Source of the DNA: a virus
Strand: one strand, 5' to 3'
IMG/VR virus record: IMGVR_UViG_3300024262_000017
Coordinates: 32,001 to 96,000 of that record
DNA: 64,000 nucleotides
Shown: positions 9,694 through 19,253 of the stretch, piece after piece
How the letters are laid out: every line of letters starts with the position of its first letter
Position numbering within the stretch: position 1 is the first letter of the stretch
The notes under the pieces: generated by a model
Databases searched by the model: none
Seen by the model: the letters and a program-made list of their open reading frames with translations, nothing else
What the model was told of the DNA's origin: nothing
Translations under genes and position numbers: made by a program

Positions 9694-9732
9694 AGAGTAA
9701 CCCGGAGTCGCCGGGTTGCTGACTTGCTCGGC
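9625..9732 (+). ncRNA. Compact structured element (retron msr-msd-like candidate)
   Basis: 11-bp closing stem GCTGAGCAAGT/ACTTGCTCGGC with G9636 opposite G9721. Internal hairpins include AGTAACCCGG/CCGGGTTGCT. Confidence 0.3.
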
Positions 9733-9756
9733 GAAAAATGATTGGGACCGACGCTG

Positions 9757-10152
9757 CTATTCCTGGGCGTCGGTCTTCTTTTTATCTTTTGGGCTAACAG
9801 GTTCTAGGTATTTGATAATGGCAAACGTGGTGCCTTCTTTGTCTGTAACCCATTCTTCTCGGGCTAACACCCAGCCATTTCCTTCAAGGCATCGAGTTTG
9901 AATCTCAGCTAGTTCCTCAACCTCTAATTCATCACCGAGGTTGAATCGTCGGTACTGAGCACGTAGTTTTCGTTTAGGCATCGAAAACAAATTGTGGTCA
10001 GGCATACCCGGAAGTGGTTCTTCTTCAGCTAAGTTGACCCACTTCTCCCTTTCTTTAGGGTGTAATGGTGGGAGGTCTCGTGGGCCTTGTCCCCGCTCTG
10101 ATTCTTGATTCATCACATTGGAGAAGTCAGTGGCGATATTGTCGTTTGGCAT
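9757..10152 (-). CDS. Hypothetical protein downstream of portal
   Basis: 131-aa ORF abutting the portal stop codon. Confidence 0.7.
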   Translation of the reverse strand: MPNDNIATDFSNVMNQESERGQGPRDLPPLHPKEREKWVNLAEEEPLPGMPDHNLFSMPKRKLRAQYRRFNLGDELEVEELAEIQTRCLEGNGWVLAREEWVTDKEGTTFAIIKYLEPVSPKDKKKTDAQE

Positions 10153-11886
10153 TTACATCCCCCCTTGCTGGTTAGCCATAGCCTTGGCTTCTTGCGTTTG
10201 TGATTGGTCTAGTTGTTTCATAACGAATGCAACTAGGGCATACATGACAACGTCTTCGGTTTGCAACTGATGCATCTGGCTCTGTTTGATGTTTGGCGGA
10301 GCTTGAGACAATTGAGTTGCAATATTCTGAGCCTCGGCCAGCATTTGTTGCTGGTCGTATTGTGGCCCAGGTCCACCCTGAGAAGCCTGTGATTTGGCTT
10401 GCTCAGATAGATTGCTGGAGAGCTCTTCCATTTTAGATTGGAGTTCCATTTGGAATCTCTGTTCATCCAAGGATTCTTGCATACGCTGAGAGCGCTCTTT
10501 TTCTAAATTACGTCCAAACATCTGGGCCATAGAAGTGTTGGAGAAGAGCACACCATTTGCACCCTGGTTAGCTTGCATAAGCATCATCTTTTGCTGAACA
10601 TCATCAACAAGCTTGAAGGGCTCAAGGCTGAGTTTGACTTTCGTCCAACCCATGTAAGTCGCAACCTGGTCAGATATCCACTGAGCTTCGTCGACGAGTT
10701 CACTGGTGTAATTGAGCAACTGGTTTTCCAACATACGCAGCGTAACACCGGAACCAGTAGCTGACAAACCACCATACAAAAATTCACGGGGGATACCCAT
10801 AGATGCAATGATACCGTTTTCTGCTTCAGTGATTTCTCCTGTCACCATCAATGCTCTACCCTGTCCACCCAGTTGTGTAACACCCAAGGGAATCGGGGAG
10901 AACATGAGATGCAGAGGGTCTTTTCTCCAGGCCTTCAAGTTCAACTTCGTTTCATTGGCCCAGTTTGATAGTGAAATAGCTATCGTTGGGTCAGCCGAAG
11001 CAGTACTTTGTTGTGGGTGTAAAACGCGGAATGGCACAACGTGTTCAAGTGCAATGGCTTCGTTGGCCTTTCGCAGAACCGCGACATAAAAGAATTGTTT
11101 AAGTGTCGAAGTCAAACCTGGAAATCCCCAGCGATTATCAATGCCAGCTGGCGCATCGGACTTCATGTGATAGATGCGTTTTTTTCCGAACTTGAAAATG
11201 CGCTGTGCTGCAATACATTCAATGAATGGCAGGGGCATTGTTTCCAACAGATGCCTATCACCTTTACGAATCTTCTGTTGAATGCCATCAGGCACTTGAT
11301 AGTAATAGTCAGCATCTCCAGTGATGGGGTTTTTTTCAATCTCAATCTGTTTCGGATCCCACCGGATGACATTGATACCTGCAGCGTAACGCAACTTCTT
11401 ATCAACGACTTCAGCCTGGACATGAGCTTTGCAATTGGAGCAAGTCATTTGAAAAACAGCATGCTTTTTTCGAATGCGGAACTTGAAGCTTTTGATAAAC
11501 CTAATGTTTTCAAGATTCCCACACTTGGGACATTTGAGAAAACGACGAAAGGGGAAGTACAACGATACAAATGAGTTGCCGTATACGTGTCTGTCGATAC
11601 CAGTCTTGATGAGAATGTTTTTGATTTTCAAAGTCTCTTCGAGAAGCTTACGGTATTTTCCCTTCAGAGTTGGGTTCTCAGTGTGGTAATTGAGGTCTGT
11701 AACTGGGTAGATTGCGAACTTGTTTAACGCTGCAAATACTTGAGGGCTGTTGTAGTACAGGTACTCGCAATACTTGAATAGTGTTTTGAGTTTGCGAGGT
11801 ACGAAAACAGTTAGGAAGTCAAAGAGAGGATTTGGATGTTGAATGCTACGCCCAATCATCTCCACACTTTGGTCAAACGCTGACAT
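10153..11886 (-). CDS. Probable portal protein
   Basis: About 577 aa, start reassigned to ATG 11886 (AAGGAG). Portal-like pattern D.HVYGNSFVS...WGFPGL...ASMGIPREFLYG. Inserted CxxC..CxxC Zn ribbon and Gln-rich tail. Confidence 0.7.
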   Translation of the reverse strand: MSAFDQSVEMIGRSIQHPNPLFDFLTVFVPRKLKTLFKYCEYLYYNSPQVFAALNKFAIYPVTDLNYHTENPTLKGKYRKLLEETLKIKNILIKTGIDRHVYGNSFVSLYFPFRRFLKCPKCGNLENIRFIKSFKFRIRKKHAVFQMTCSNCKAHVQAEVVDKKLRYAAGINVIRWDPKQIEIEKNPITGDADYYYQVPDGIQQKIRKGDRHLLETMPLPFIECIAAQRIFKFGKKRIYHMKSDAPAGIDNRWGFPGLTSTLKQFFYVAVLRKANEAIALEHVVPFRVLHPQQSTASADPTIAISLSNWANETKLNLKAWRKDPLHLMFSPIPLGVTQLGGQGRALMVTGEITEAENGIIASMGIPREFLYGGLSATGSGVTLRMLENQLLNYTSELVDEAQWISDQVATYMGWTKVKLSLEPFKLVDDVQQKMMLMQANQGANGVLFSNTSMAQMFGRNLEKERSQRMQESLDEQRFQMELQSKMEELSSNLSEQAKSQASQGGPGPQYDQQQMLAEAQNIATQLSQAPPNIKQSQMHQLQTEDVVMYALVAFVMKQLDQSQTQEAKAMANQQGGM

Positions 11887-11914
11887 GGAAGCTCCTTGTC
11901 TGAGACTGCTAAAA

Positions 11915-11943
11915 ATAATAGGCTGCCTACTGCTGTCAATCAA
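11915..11943 (-). promoter_or_regulatory. Promoter TTGATT-17-TATTAT
   Basis: Shared consensus, upstream of portal. Confidence 0.65.
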
Positions 11944-11994
11944 GAACTATCTGATGTGGCTCTATTTACTACGTAAACCCTGGAGACGCAAACC

Positions 11995-13872
11995 ATGGTT
12001 GAGACAGAAACACCTTCCCCTGTTGTGTGCGGTTTTTCTCACTTGCACGGAACTCCAGTCTTTGTTGTACCTATGCTTGCACAGAACAACCGTGAGTTGA
12101 CCCGAGTCTTGGGAGGAGTATTTCTCTCAGCACAGGGTGTGTGGCTATTCCCAGGATTTTACCCGTATGCCAAAGACGTCGTGCGAGATTTGAAACTTGT
12201 TCTCCCAGAAATCCAACTCAGCCCAGAAGCTCAGTCACACTTGGAAATCTGTGAAAACACTGAAGCCTTGATAACGCAGCAACCAATACCATCAGAGTTT
12301 CATGAAGGCTTTGAGTTCATAACAAAACCTTATGAGCATCAAATAGAAGCTTTGAAGTTCGCGATACTCATGATTCGTTGTGGGATTTTTTATGACATGG
12401 GTCTGGGTAAAACGAAAATAGTAATCGATTTGATTCGCCATGAACAACAGAAGGCTCTCATCCTCACGCCTGTAGTGGGCATTACTACGTGGTTCAACGA
12501 GGCACACCTCCACTCTGGGGGTGTCTTACGAGTAGAGCGTGTCATAGGTTCCCCAAAGAAGAAACGTCAAGCCATCATGGATTCTCCTGAAGCAGATATT
12601 CTGGTAGTGGGCTATGACACTGCGAAGCGTTACTATGACGAAATCATCAATACCTTTGAATACAATATCATTGTGGCTGACGAGAGCCACAACTTACGAA
12701 CAAGTAAGAGTGCTCGCACCAAAGCTGCTATTGCGTTGTCTGCCCGAGCAAGTCGGCGTGTTTTGATGAGCGGAACCCCAAGCTTGGGAAACCCGCTTCA
12801 TCTTTGGGGGCAACTGTGTTTCTTAGGCAAGTTCATCCCTGCACGAGATTTCTGGACTTTCCGTAAGTTCTACACAATGCAGCACAAGGCTCAACCTCGT
12901 ATCATTGTAGGGTACAAGAATTTGGAGATGCTCAATGACAAGGTAGGGAAGATTTCTATCAGAAAAATGAAAGACGAGTGCCTTGACTTACCTCCGAGGC
13001 AGATAATCGATGTGCCGTTTGATGTAAGCCCTGAACAAAAGAAGGTGTACAATGAATTGGTTGAAGGGGCTTGCACGATGTTGCAAGACGGAACACTGTA
13101 TGAAGCGGCACACGCAGCTGCTGTAATTCAAAAATTATTACAGATACTGAGTGGCTTTTTCATCAAGCCTCTCCCTGACATTTGTTCAGGTTGTACAGAC
13201 TTGCGTGTATGTGTAGCTAACGAAGTAAAACCTTACACAAGTCGTTGCAAAGTTCAACAAACCCCACCTGTGCAGCGGGTAGAAATACTAAAGAGCAACC
13301 CAAAACTGGATGCTTTAGAAGACCTCCTTGATTCCATTTTAGCTGAAGACAGAAACAAGGTTATCATTTGGGGGTACTTCGTTGCTGAGCTCGACATCGT
13401 TGCTCAGTTACTGGAAAAGAAAGACATCCGTTACGTACGGGTTGATGGGACAAACAGTAACAAGGCTCAAGACATTGCAACAAAATTCAATGCGACACCT
13501 AAAATTCGAGTGTACTTGGCAAACATTTCTACTGGAGTAGCTCTAACCCTAACGTCGGCTGCTTACACCATTTACTATGGGCTAACGTATAAGCTTGATG
13601 AATACCTCCAGTCACTCGACCGCAACTACCGCATTGGACAAACAGAAAAGGTTATGGCTTACCGCCTTATTTCAAATGGTACTGTTTTGTCTTACGTTGC
13701 AAAAGCACTTCAAAACAAACTGAACATTGCAAACACGCTGACTGACCGAATCAATTGTGTGGTGTGCCCTAAGAACGTTGTTTGTTTAGATGAGGGTACC
13801 ATACCCTTTTCACCAGGCTGTATCTATCATGACCGCGTGGGGCGAATTATTACGCGCCCACAAAAACTGTGA
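11995..13872 (+). CDS. SNF2/SWI2-family helicase/ATPase
   Basis: DMGLGKT, VADESH, MSGTP, NPKL, GVALTLTSA, QSLDRNYRIGQ; Cys-rich inserts. Confidence 0.93.
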   Translation: MVETETPSPVVCGFSHLHGTPVFVVPMLAQNNRELTRVLGGVFLSAQGVWLFPGFYPYAKDVVRDLKLVLPEIQLSPEAQSHLEICENTEALITQQPIPSEFHEGFEFITKPYEHQIEALKFAILMIRCGIFYDMGLGKTKIVIDLIRHEQQKALILTPVVGITTWFNEAHLHSGGVLRVERVIGSPKKKRQAIMDSPEADILVVGYDTAKRYYDEIINTFEYNIIVADESHNLRTSKSARTKAAIALSARASRRVLMSGTPSLGNPLHLWGQLCFLGKFIPARDFWTFRKFYTMQHKAQPRIIVGYKNLEMLNDKVGKISIRKMKDECLDLPPRQIIDVPFDVSPEQKKVYNELVEGACTMLQDGTLYEAAHAAAVIQKLLQILSGFFIKPLPDICSGCTDLRVCVANEVKPYTSRCKVQQTPPVQRVEILKSNPKLDALEDLLDSILAEDRNKVIIWGYFVAELDIVAQLLEKKDIRYVRVDGTNSNKAQDIATKFNATPKIRVYLANISTGVALTLTSAAYTIYYGLTYKLDEYLQSLDRNYRIGQTEKVMAYRLISNGTVLSYVAKALQNKLNIANTLTDRINCVVCPKNVVCLDEGTIPFSPGCIYHDRVGRIITRPQKL

Positions 13873-13901
13873 TCTCGTGGTAAAAGAATGTTGGAGGATT
13901 T

Positions 13902-14390
13902 ATGTCGCAGCATCTCATTTTAACAACAGATGGAAGTGCAAAATTTTATCACATGCGTGGGGGGTTTGTAATTCGTGACGCAGACTCCGGTGTCATCCTG
14001 GAAACTGGAAGCAGACCCTTTGGTAAAGGCACCAGCAATGTTGCTGAGTATTCAGCTCTCATTGCAGGGTGTAAAGCACTACACTGTTATGCTTTCAATA
14101 GTGTAACGGTGTACACTGACAGTCAGTTGATTGTAAGACAGATGAAGGGGGAGTATCGCGTTTCACCTCGTTTACGAAAATTACATGCACAAGCACTCGC
14201 GCAATTACGTCAGCTACGTGCCAAGCTTGTTTGGCATCGTCGTGATGAAGGGGATGGTCCCCTGGCAGATGCGCTCGCCGCTGGAGAACACTTGGAGGTT
14301 ACTGATGGAACTGGAGATCAGTTGGACAAAGGAAGACATCGAGCAGAAATTGAAGAAGGAATTGGAGGACAGCGGCTTTCGGCTGGTTGA
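13902..14390 (+). CDS. Ribonuclease HI-like protein
   Basis: TDGS, TSNVAEY.AL, YTDSQL, ADALA catalytic pattern. Confidence 0.85.
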   Translation: MSQHLILTTDGSAKFYHMRGGFVIRDADSGVILETGSRPFGKGTSNVAEYSALIAGCKALHCYAFNSVTVYTDSQLIVRQMKGEYRVSPRLRKLHAQALAQLRQLRAKLVWHRRDEGDGPLADALAAGEHLEVTDGTGDQLDKGRHRAEIEEGIGGQRLSAG

Positions 14391-14736
14391 AATTGATGAA
14401 TCCCCAGCAGAACGAGCTACAAGTAAAACACGTCGACCACCGTCGGGAGGTTTTCGTTGGTCTGTAAAACCGAATATCGGTGTTCGTGTGCGTGCTGAAC
14501 CAGACCCAGATGCTGTTTTACCTGAGCCTGAAGAATCTTTTCTTCCTCAAGAAACTTTTGATTCTGAGGACGAAGATGACGAGGACATCGACACAAGCAT
14601 GGATATCCCAGAAGGGTCTGGCTTACTTCCTCTTGGAATTGCAACGGCGCTTAACAAGGCCGTCGCTGAAGAAAACAAAGGTAAGAAAGTTCAGCGTCAC
14701 AAGAAGATGAAAGGGGAGACCAGTGAAAGACCTTGA
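14305..14736 (+). CDS. Hypothetical acidic protein
   Basis: GGAGG RBS before ATG 14305. Confidence 0.6.
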   Translation: MELEISWTKEDIEQKLKKELEDSGFRLVEIDESPAERATSKTRRPPSGGFRWSVKPNIGVRVRAEPDPDAVLPEPEESFLPQETFDSEDEDDEDIDTSMDIPEGSGLLPLGIATALNKAVAEENKGKKVQRHKKMKGETSERP

Positions 14737-15643
14737 AAAGAAAGTTGTATTTTTAGAGGGGGGTGAAGACGTTGATGTGGATGCTGAGTACCAGCATCTC
14801 ATTGAAGAGGTGTCCATTGAAGAGTGTGCTCTTGCTCTTCCCCGCGGCTATTTGAGTGTGTCACAGGTAAATACATACCGACGTTGCCCTCGTCAATATT
14901 ACTTTCGGTACATCAAAGATTTGATTCGTGCCCCGAGCGTCAGTCTTGTTGAAGGAAATGCTGTTCACAAGGGATTAGCAGTTGGACACGAGGCTTCAGT
15001 AAAGAGTGGCACTGCACCGTTAGATATGATGCTAGATGCCTACAACGATTACTGGAAACGAAGCAAAGGAGACATTGACTGGCAAGGTGAAAAGGAGGCA
15101 GACGAAAACTTGGTCGTTCGTCGTGACCATACGTTTTTGAAAGAGTACAATCAAAAGCATATGCCCAATCTAGTCACACGTGTAGACGATGTGGGTGCTT
15201 TTGTTGAGCGGCGATTCTGGGTTACTGTGGGAGAAAAGAACGTCCCATTGCTGGGCTTCATTGACTTGGTAGCTAAGAATAATACCAAGTTTTTCGATAA
15301 CAAAAGCCCTGATGGTAGTGGCGAAGAAGAGGTAATCGACCACAAAACTGCAAACAAGTCAAAAACTCAGGCAGACGTAGATGGGGACTTACAGCTATCC
15401 GTTTATTCTCGTGTAACAGGTTTGACACATGTGCGATTTCAATGCTTCGTTAAAACGAAAACACCTAAAATCAATGCTGTTGCGTCACGGCGGACAATTG
15501 ATTCTTGGCGTTGGGCAGAGTTCGTTATTTCAGAAGTTGCACAGTGTATCTCCAGCGGCGCTTTCCCCCCAGGCAATGATGGGTGGCATTGTACTCCAAA
15601 ATTTTGTGGGTACTGGGATATGTGCAGAGGGAAGAAACGATGA
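14723..15643 (+). CDS. PD-(D/E)xK nuclease, Cas4/AddB-like
   Basis: LSVSQV...CPRQY, GNAVH, GFIDL, VIDHKT, QLSVY, C-terminal CTPKFC..WDMC (4-Cys Fe-S staple). Confidence 0.85.
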   Translation: MKDLEKKVVFLEGGEDVDVDAEYQHLIEEVSIEECALALPRGYLSVSQVNTYRRCPRQYYFRYIKDLIRAPSVSLVEGNAVHKGLAVGHEASVKSGTAPLDMMLDAYNDYWKRSKGDIDWQGEKEADENLVVRRDHTFLKEYNQKHMPNLVTRVDDVGAFVERRFWVTVGEKNVPLLGFIDLVAKNNTKFFDNKSPDGSGEEEVIDHKTANKSKTQADVDGDLQLSVYSRVTGLTHVRFQCFVKTKTPKINAVASRRTIDSWRWAEFVISEVAQCISSGAFPPGNDGWHCTPKFCGYWDMCRGKKR

Positions 15644-16023
15644 CTCGAATGGATGGAGTTCCGAGGCTCCCTTGCATTGCTCTCGAAGAAATTTATGCAC
15701 TTGTTCAAACCATGAAGAGTGATGAGCTTCGAGCAGCTTTCAAAATAAAAGAGAAGGAACGTGGGAGTAAGGTTGCACTCACACGCCTGCGTGTGAAATT
15801 ATCCAAGGTAGCCAAACTGTGCAAACAAGCACGAAAGGAGATCTTGGTTATGCAAAAAAACGATGAAACCGTTATGGAGAAGTATGGTGTAGCTGAAGAT
15901 GAACAGCTATCCAAAACAGGAGGAGACACAGTAGAAATGTGTCCGAGGTGTGGGAAAGAAGTAGAGGTACATGGCGGCACGAGAAAGTGCCCCCTATGTG
16001 GCACTGAACCATTTGAAGGGTAG
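15640..16023 (+). CDS. Small basic helical (Hc1-like) domain plus C-terminal Zn ribbon
   Basis: GSKVALTRLRVKLSKVAKLCKQARKEI; CPRCG...CPLCG; ATGA overlap with the upstream gene. Confidence 0.6.
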   Translation: MTRMDGVPRLPCIALEEIYALVQTMKSDELRAAFKIKEKERGSKVALTRLRVKLSKVAKLCKQARKEILVMQKNDETVMEKYGVAEDEQLSKTGGDTVEMCPRCGKEVEVHGGTRKCPLCGTEPFEG

Positions 16024-16031
16024 GAACTCTA

Positions 16032-16391
16032 ATGGGGATTACTCGTGTAGAGAAGGTGCAGCTAGAGATAATCAAAAGATATGACAACATTTCAAATCTC
16101 TATGTTGCTTACATGAACTGTGGAAAACATTCAGATGACTTTGGTAGGGAATTTTTCCATGCAGTGGGAGAAATCCTACAAGGGGCTTCGGTGGCACAAT
16201 TGACTTTGTACCACCTCAACAGGACAGAAATAGAAGACATAGTAGACCACACTGTTTCAAGAGGCGGCATCGCAGGTGAGAAGAAAGGACCACGCTCACC
16301 TGTGCGAACTAAACGTCGTTACAGAAAACCAACCATTAAAAGGACCAAGACCAATGACCGCAAAAAAAGCCGTGACCACCGTACAACCTAA
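16032..16391 (+). CDS. Hypothetical protein with basic tail
   Basis: AGGA RBS; operon context. Confidence 0.6.
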   Translation: MGITRVEKVQLEIIKRYDNISNLYVAYMNCGKHSDDFGREFFHAVGEILQGASVAQLTLYHLNRTEIEDIVDHTVSRGGIAGEKKGPRSPVRTKRRYRKPTIKRTKTNDRKKSRDHRTT

Positions 16392-17226
16392 GTTGATGAT
16401 CAACAAAATCCACATCCCAGAAAACATCAGAGAGGATGGCTGGGAAAAAAACATCAAAGGTTTGGCCGACAGCATTGCTGAGAATGGATTGGAACAACCC
16501 ATCGGGGTATGGCCTTTCCCTGATAAGCAAGCAGGCCCCGAAGGTGAGACCCATGAGTTAGTTTTTGGACACAGGCGCCTGATGGCCTGCAAAACGATTT
16601 TGGAGTGGACAACCATTCCGGTGGTGTTCAAGCCAAAGAAGACCAGTGCCAAAGACAGGTACGTGAGTGCTTTAGTTGAGAATGCTCAGCGTGAAGACCT
16701 GTCACCAACTGAAGAAGCCGCCGCGTTTAAGCGAGGCATTGATGAATTTGGTTTGACGGCCGGCGAGATTGCTAAAAAGAAGGGTGTCAGCAATGCTTAT
16801 GTGTCACAAAGACTGGCCCTGCTCAAAATGCCTGAGCCTATTCAGGAAGCGCTTGCCAATCAAGACATCAGCTTTGCACACGCGCGGGCAATGACAACAT
16901 TGGACGACACAGAGCAAGTGAAGCTTTTGAAACAGGCAGTGAAGATGCCTGTTTCTGAGTTCAAAGAGAAGGTTGCAGCAGTAACTGCTGCACAAGATGT
17001 AAAGGATGGGAAAGAAGGAAAAGCACCCAAGGCAAAACGCGGTCGTCCTGAGAAGACCAACTCAGCCAAGGTCAGAACTGTATCGGAGATCAAGGTGGAA
17101 CTGGGCAAGCTAGACGACAAGAAAAAGGATGCAGTGGAAAAAGGTGACAAGGCTGGAGAGCAATACTACAAAGGGATGATGCGGGGTTTAGGCTGGGCAT
17201 CTGGGATGGCTAAAACTCTGTACTGA
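16354..17226 (+). CDS. ParB/Spo0J-family protein
   Basis: LADSIAENGLEQPI, LVFGHRRL, ENAQREDLSPTEEA, HTH (AGEIAKKKGVSNAYVSQRL). Confidence 0.9.
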   Translation: MTAKKAVTTVQPKLMINKIHIPENIREDGWEKNIKGLADSIAENGLEQPIGVWPFPDKQAGPEGETHELVFGHRRLMACKTILEWTTIPVVFKPKKTSAKDRYVSALVENAQREDLSPTEEAAAFKRGIDEFGLTAGEIAKKKGVSNAYVSQRLALLKMPEPIQEALANQDISFAHARAMTTLDDTEQVKLLKQAVKMPVSEFKEKVAAVTAAQDVKDGKEGKAPKAKRGRPEKTNSAKVRTVSEIKVELGKLDDKKKDAVEKGDKAGEQYYKGMMRGLGWASGMAKTLY

Positions 17227-17231
17227 TTTAC

Positions 17232-18077
17232 TCAGTAAACTTCAATCATCAAATCACCAATTCGTTCAATATTGAGTTCTTTGTCCAGACAACGGCGTAA
17301 CCGTTGTAGGGCATCAACTTTTATTTGACGAACTCGTTCAGACGACACACCTAGAACGGTCGCTATTTGCTTAAGCGACATTGGGTCAGTCACTAACCCG
17401 TAGTACGAGCGCAACACAAACTGTTCCTTGGTACCCAAACCGAGGAGCAGTTTGTGAAGTGCATCTATTGCTTGGCGATTGATGGCACGACTCTCATCTC
17501 TCCCAGGACTTGAACAAGCACGGTCTACTGGTGCGTAGCGGAATTTTTCAATGCGAAGTTTGTCAAGTTGCGAAGGAGTGATGTCTACGTCTATGCATAT
17601 TTTAGTTATTTCATCTTCGTTTGGTGGTGGTAGATTTCGATGACGAGCCTGCTTCACTTTACGAATTGTTTTCGTTCTCCACAGAGGCATTGCAACAAGG
17701 CCTGTATTATGTACCTCGTTGCGAATGTACAACAACGCATAGTAGGTTGCGTATGAAAGGAAGCGGGTATTCCTATCAGGGTCATAACGGTCTAAGGCAA
17801 AGAGGAGTCCTTCGTTTCCTGCAGAGATAAGGTCTTTCAAAATATCTACATTACGGGTGTAGCGGCGTGCGAGTTTGACTACGAAGCGTAAACAATTACC
17901 GATGATTCGGTCACGGGCAGCCAAGTTGTTTTGCTGTTGATATTGGTAAAACAATTTCCGTTCTGTTTCAGCATCAAGTACTTCCATCTGACTAACATCA
18001 CGATAGTAGCGCGCAACGTTTTCATCCACAGAGTGTTTATCTGTGTATTGACGCCGAGACCGTGAGGTGTTATCCAC
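17232..18077 (-). CDS. Sigma-70 family factor (RpoD/RpoS/RpoH-like)
   Basis: NCLRFVVKLARRY, DLISAGNEGL, DRYDPDRNTRFLSYA, region 4 SLKQIATVLGVSSERVRQI. GTG start 18077 with AGGAG. Confidence 0.92.
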   Translation of the reverse strand: MDNTSRSRRQYTDKHSVDENVARYYRDVSQMEVLDAETERKLFYQYQQQNNLAARDRIIGNCLRFVVKLARRYTRNVDILKDLISAGNEGLLFALDRYDPDRNTRFLSYATYYALLYIRNEVHNTGLVAMPLWRTKTIRKVKQARHRNLPPPNEDEITKICIDVDITPSQLDKLRIEKFRYAPVDRACSSPGRDESRAINRQAIDALHKLLLGLGTKEQFVLRSYYGLVTDPMSLKQIATVLGVSSERVRQIKVDALQRLRRCLDKELNIERIGDLMIEVY

Positions 18078-18222
18078 GCCTTCCACTCCTATAAGTAGTG
18101 TAGTGCAATGTATGGTTACACTATCCCTTGGGGCTTGCAAGGGTTTTGTGTTTCCGCGCAAAGTTAGAAATCGAATTACTCGATTTACCCAAAAAAGCAG
18201 CTAACCTTTTTACAAAAACAGC

Positions 18223-18252
18223 TTGACGAAAACAGGGCAGCCGACTTACGAT
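18223..18252 (+). promoter_or_regulatory. Promoter TTGACG-18-TACGAT
   Basis: Sigma70-like boxes upstream of the replication operon. Confidence 0.55.
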
Positions 18253-18283
18253 TCAACTCTTCAACCCTTCAAAGGAGAAAATC

Positions 18284-19192
18284 GTGGCAAAGTCCAAGGA
18301 CACAGATGTCAAAGAAGCCCAAGAAGCCAAAGAAGCCCAAGCCAACGAAGAAAACGAAGAAGCTGTAGTCATGAAAGTAGAAGAGACTGCCCTGACGAAG
18401 ATTGTTTCCGGTTTACCCCCAGAAGTTGCAGAGAAGGTCACTGCGTTACTCGCTTCGATGAACCCCAACAAACCTGGGTTCGAAGAAATGGGTGGCGCTC
18501 GCTGGTCACCGCCCGTTGTGAAAGTGCATCAACCGACCAGTGGAGATATGCCTGGTGCATCCAAACAGGGAGATTTGTACACGGACACAGGAGACCTCCT
18601 GCCGCGTCCACTTGAAATCATTCCGGTGTACATGCACTATTCCCACGTGCGTTTTGAACCGGGAAACAACAATCCTACCTGCCGGTCTGAAGATGGCAAA
18701 CGTTCTATCTATGGTGACATTTGTAAGGATTGTCGTGACCTCCCATTTCGAGACGGGAACAAAACAACCTGCAACAAATCCATGGAGGTGTATGCGTTTG
18801 ATAAAAACTGCACCAAGATTCTGCGGCTGCAGTTTTCGAAAACGTCGTACAAAGCCGGCAGTAAATTATACCGGCAAGCAAGTTCTTCTCCCGTTCCCTG
18901 GGCTCGAATTTATGCCCTGGACACGGAGAAGAAAACTCGGCAAAACGAAACTGGTGTGTACTATGTCTTAACCGTGACACCCACGGGAGAAGACACCAAT
19001 CAACAGTTCTTTCCTTTGATTGAGCATGTCTACTCAGTGGTATCGGAAGTACGCAAACAAGTGCTCTCGCGTATTGAAGACCGCTCATCGGTTGGACAAC
19101 AAGTAGCCGACAACCTCCCGACCGACTTCGGTGGTGTGGTTGATGGTAACGACAAGAAGGGAGGCGGCCAACCAGATTTCTCTGACATGTAG
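18284..19192 (+). CDS. Putative single-stranded DNA-binding/recombination protein
   Basis: C.S.DG...CKDC...C Zn motif, acidic C-terminal PDFSDM, first gene of the replication operon. Function is inferred. Confidence 0.5.
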   Translation: MAKSKDTDVKEAQEAKEAQANEENEEAVVMKVEETALTKIVSGLPPEVAEKVTALLASMNPNKPGFEEMGGARWSPPVVKVHQPTSGDMPGASKQGDLYTDTGDLLPRPLEIIPVYMHYSHVRFEPGNNNPTCRSEDGKRSIYGDICKDCRDLPFRDGNKTTCNKSMEVYAFDKNCTKILRLQFSKTSYKAGSKLYRQASSSPVPWARIYALDTEKKTRQNETGVYYVLTVTPTGEDTNQQFFPLIEHVYSVVSEVRKQVLSRIEDRSSVGQQVADNLPTDFGGVVDGNDKKGGGQPDFSDM

Positions 19193-19207
19193 AACATAGG
19201 TCAATGG

Positions 19208-19239
19208 GTGCCCGGGGTTCACACTCCGGGCACTTTTTT
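19208..19239 (+). terminator. Intrinsic terminator
   Basis: GTGCCCGG...CCGGGCAC followed by T6. Confidence 0.8.
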
Positions 19240-19253
19240 CCCCTCAGCCGGAG

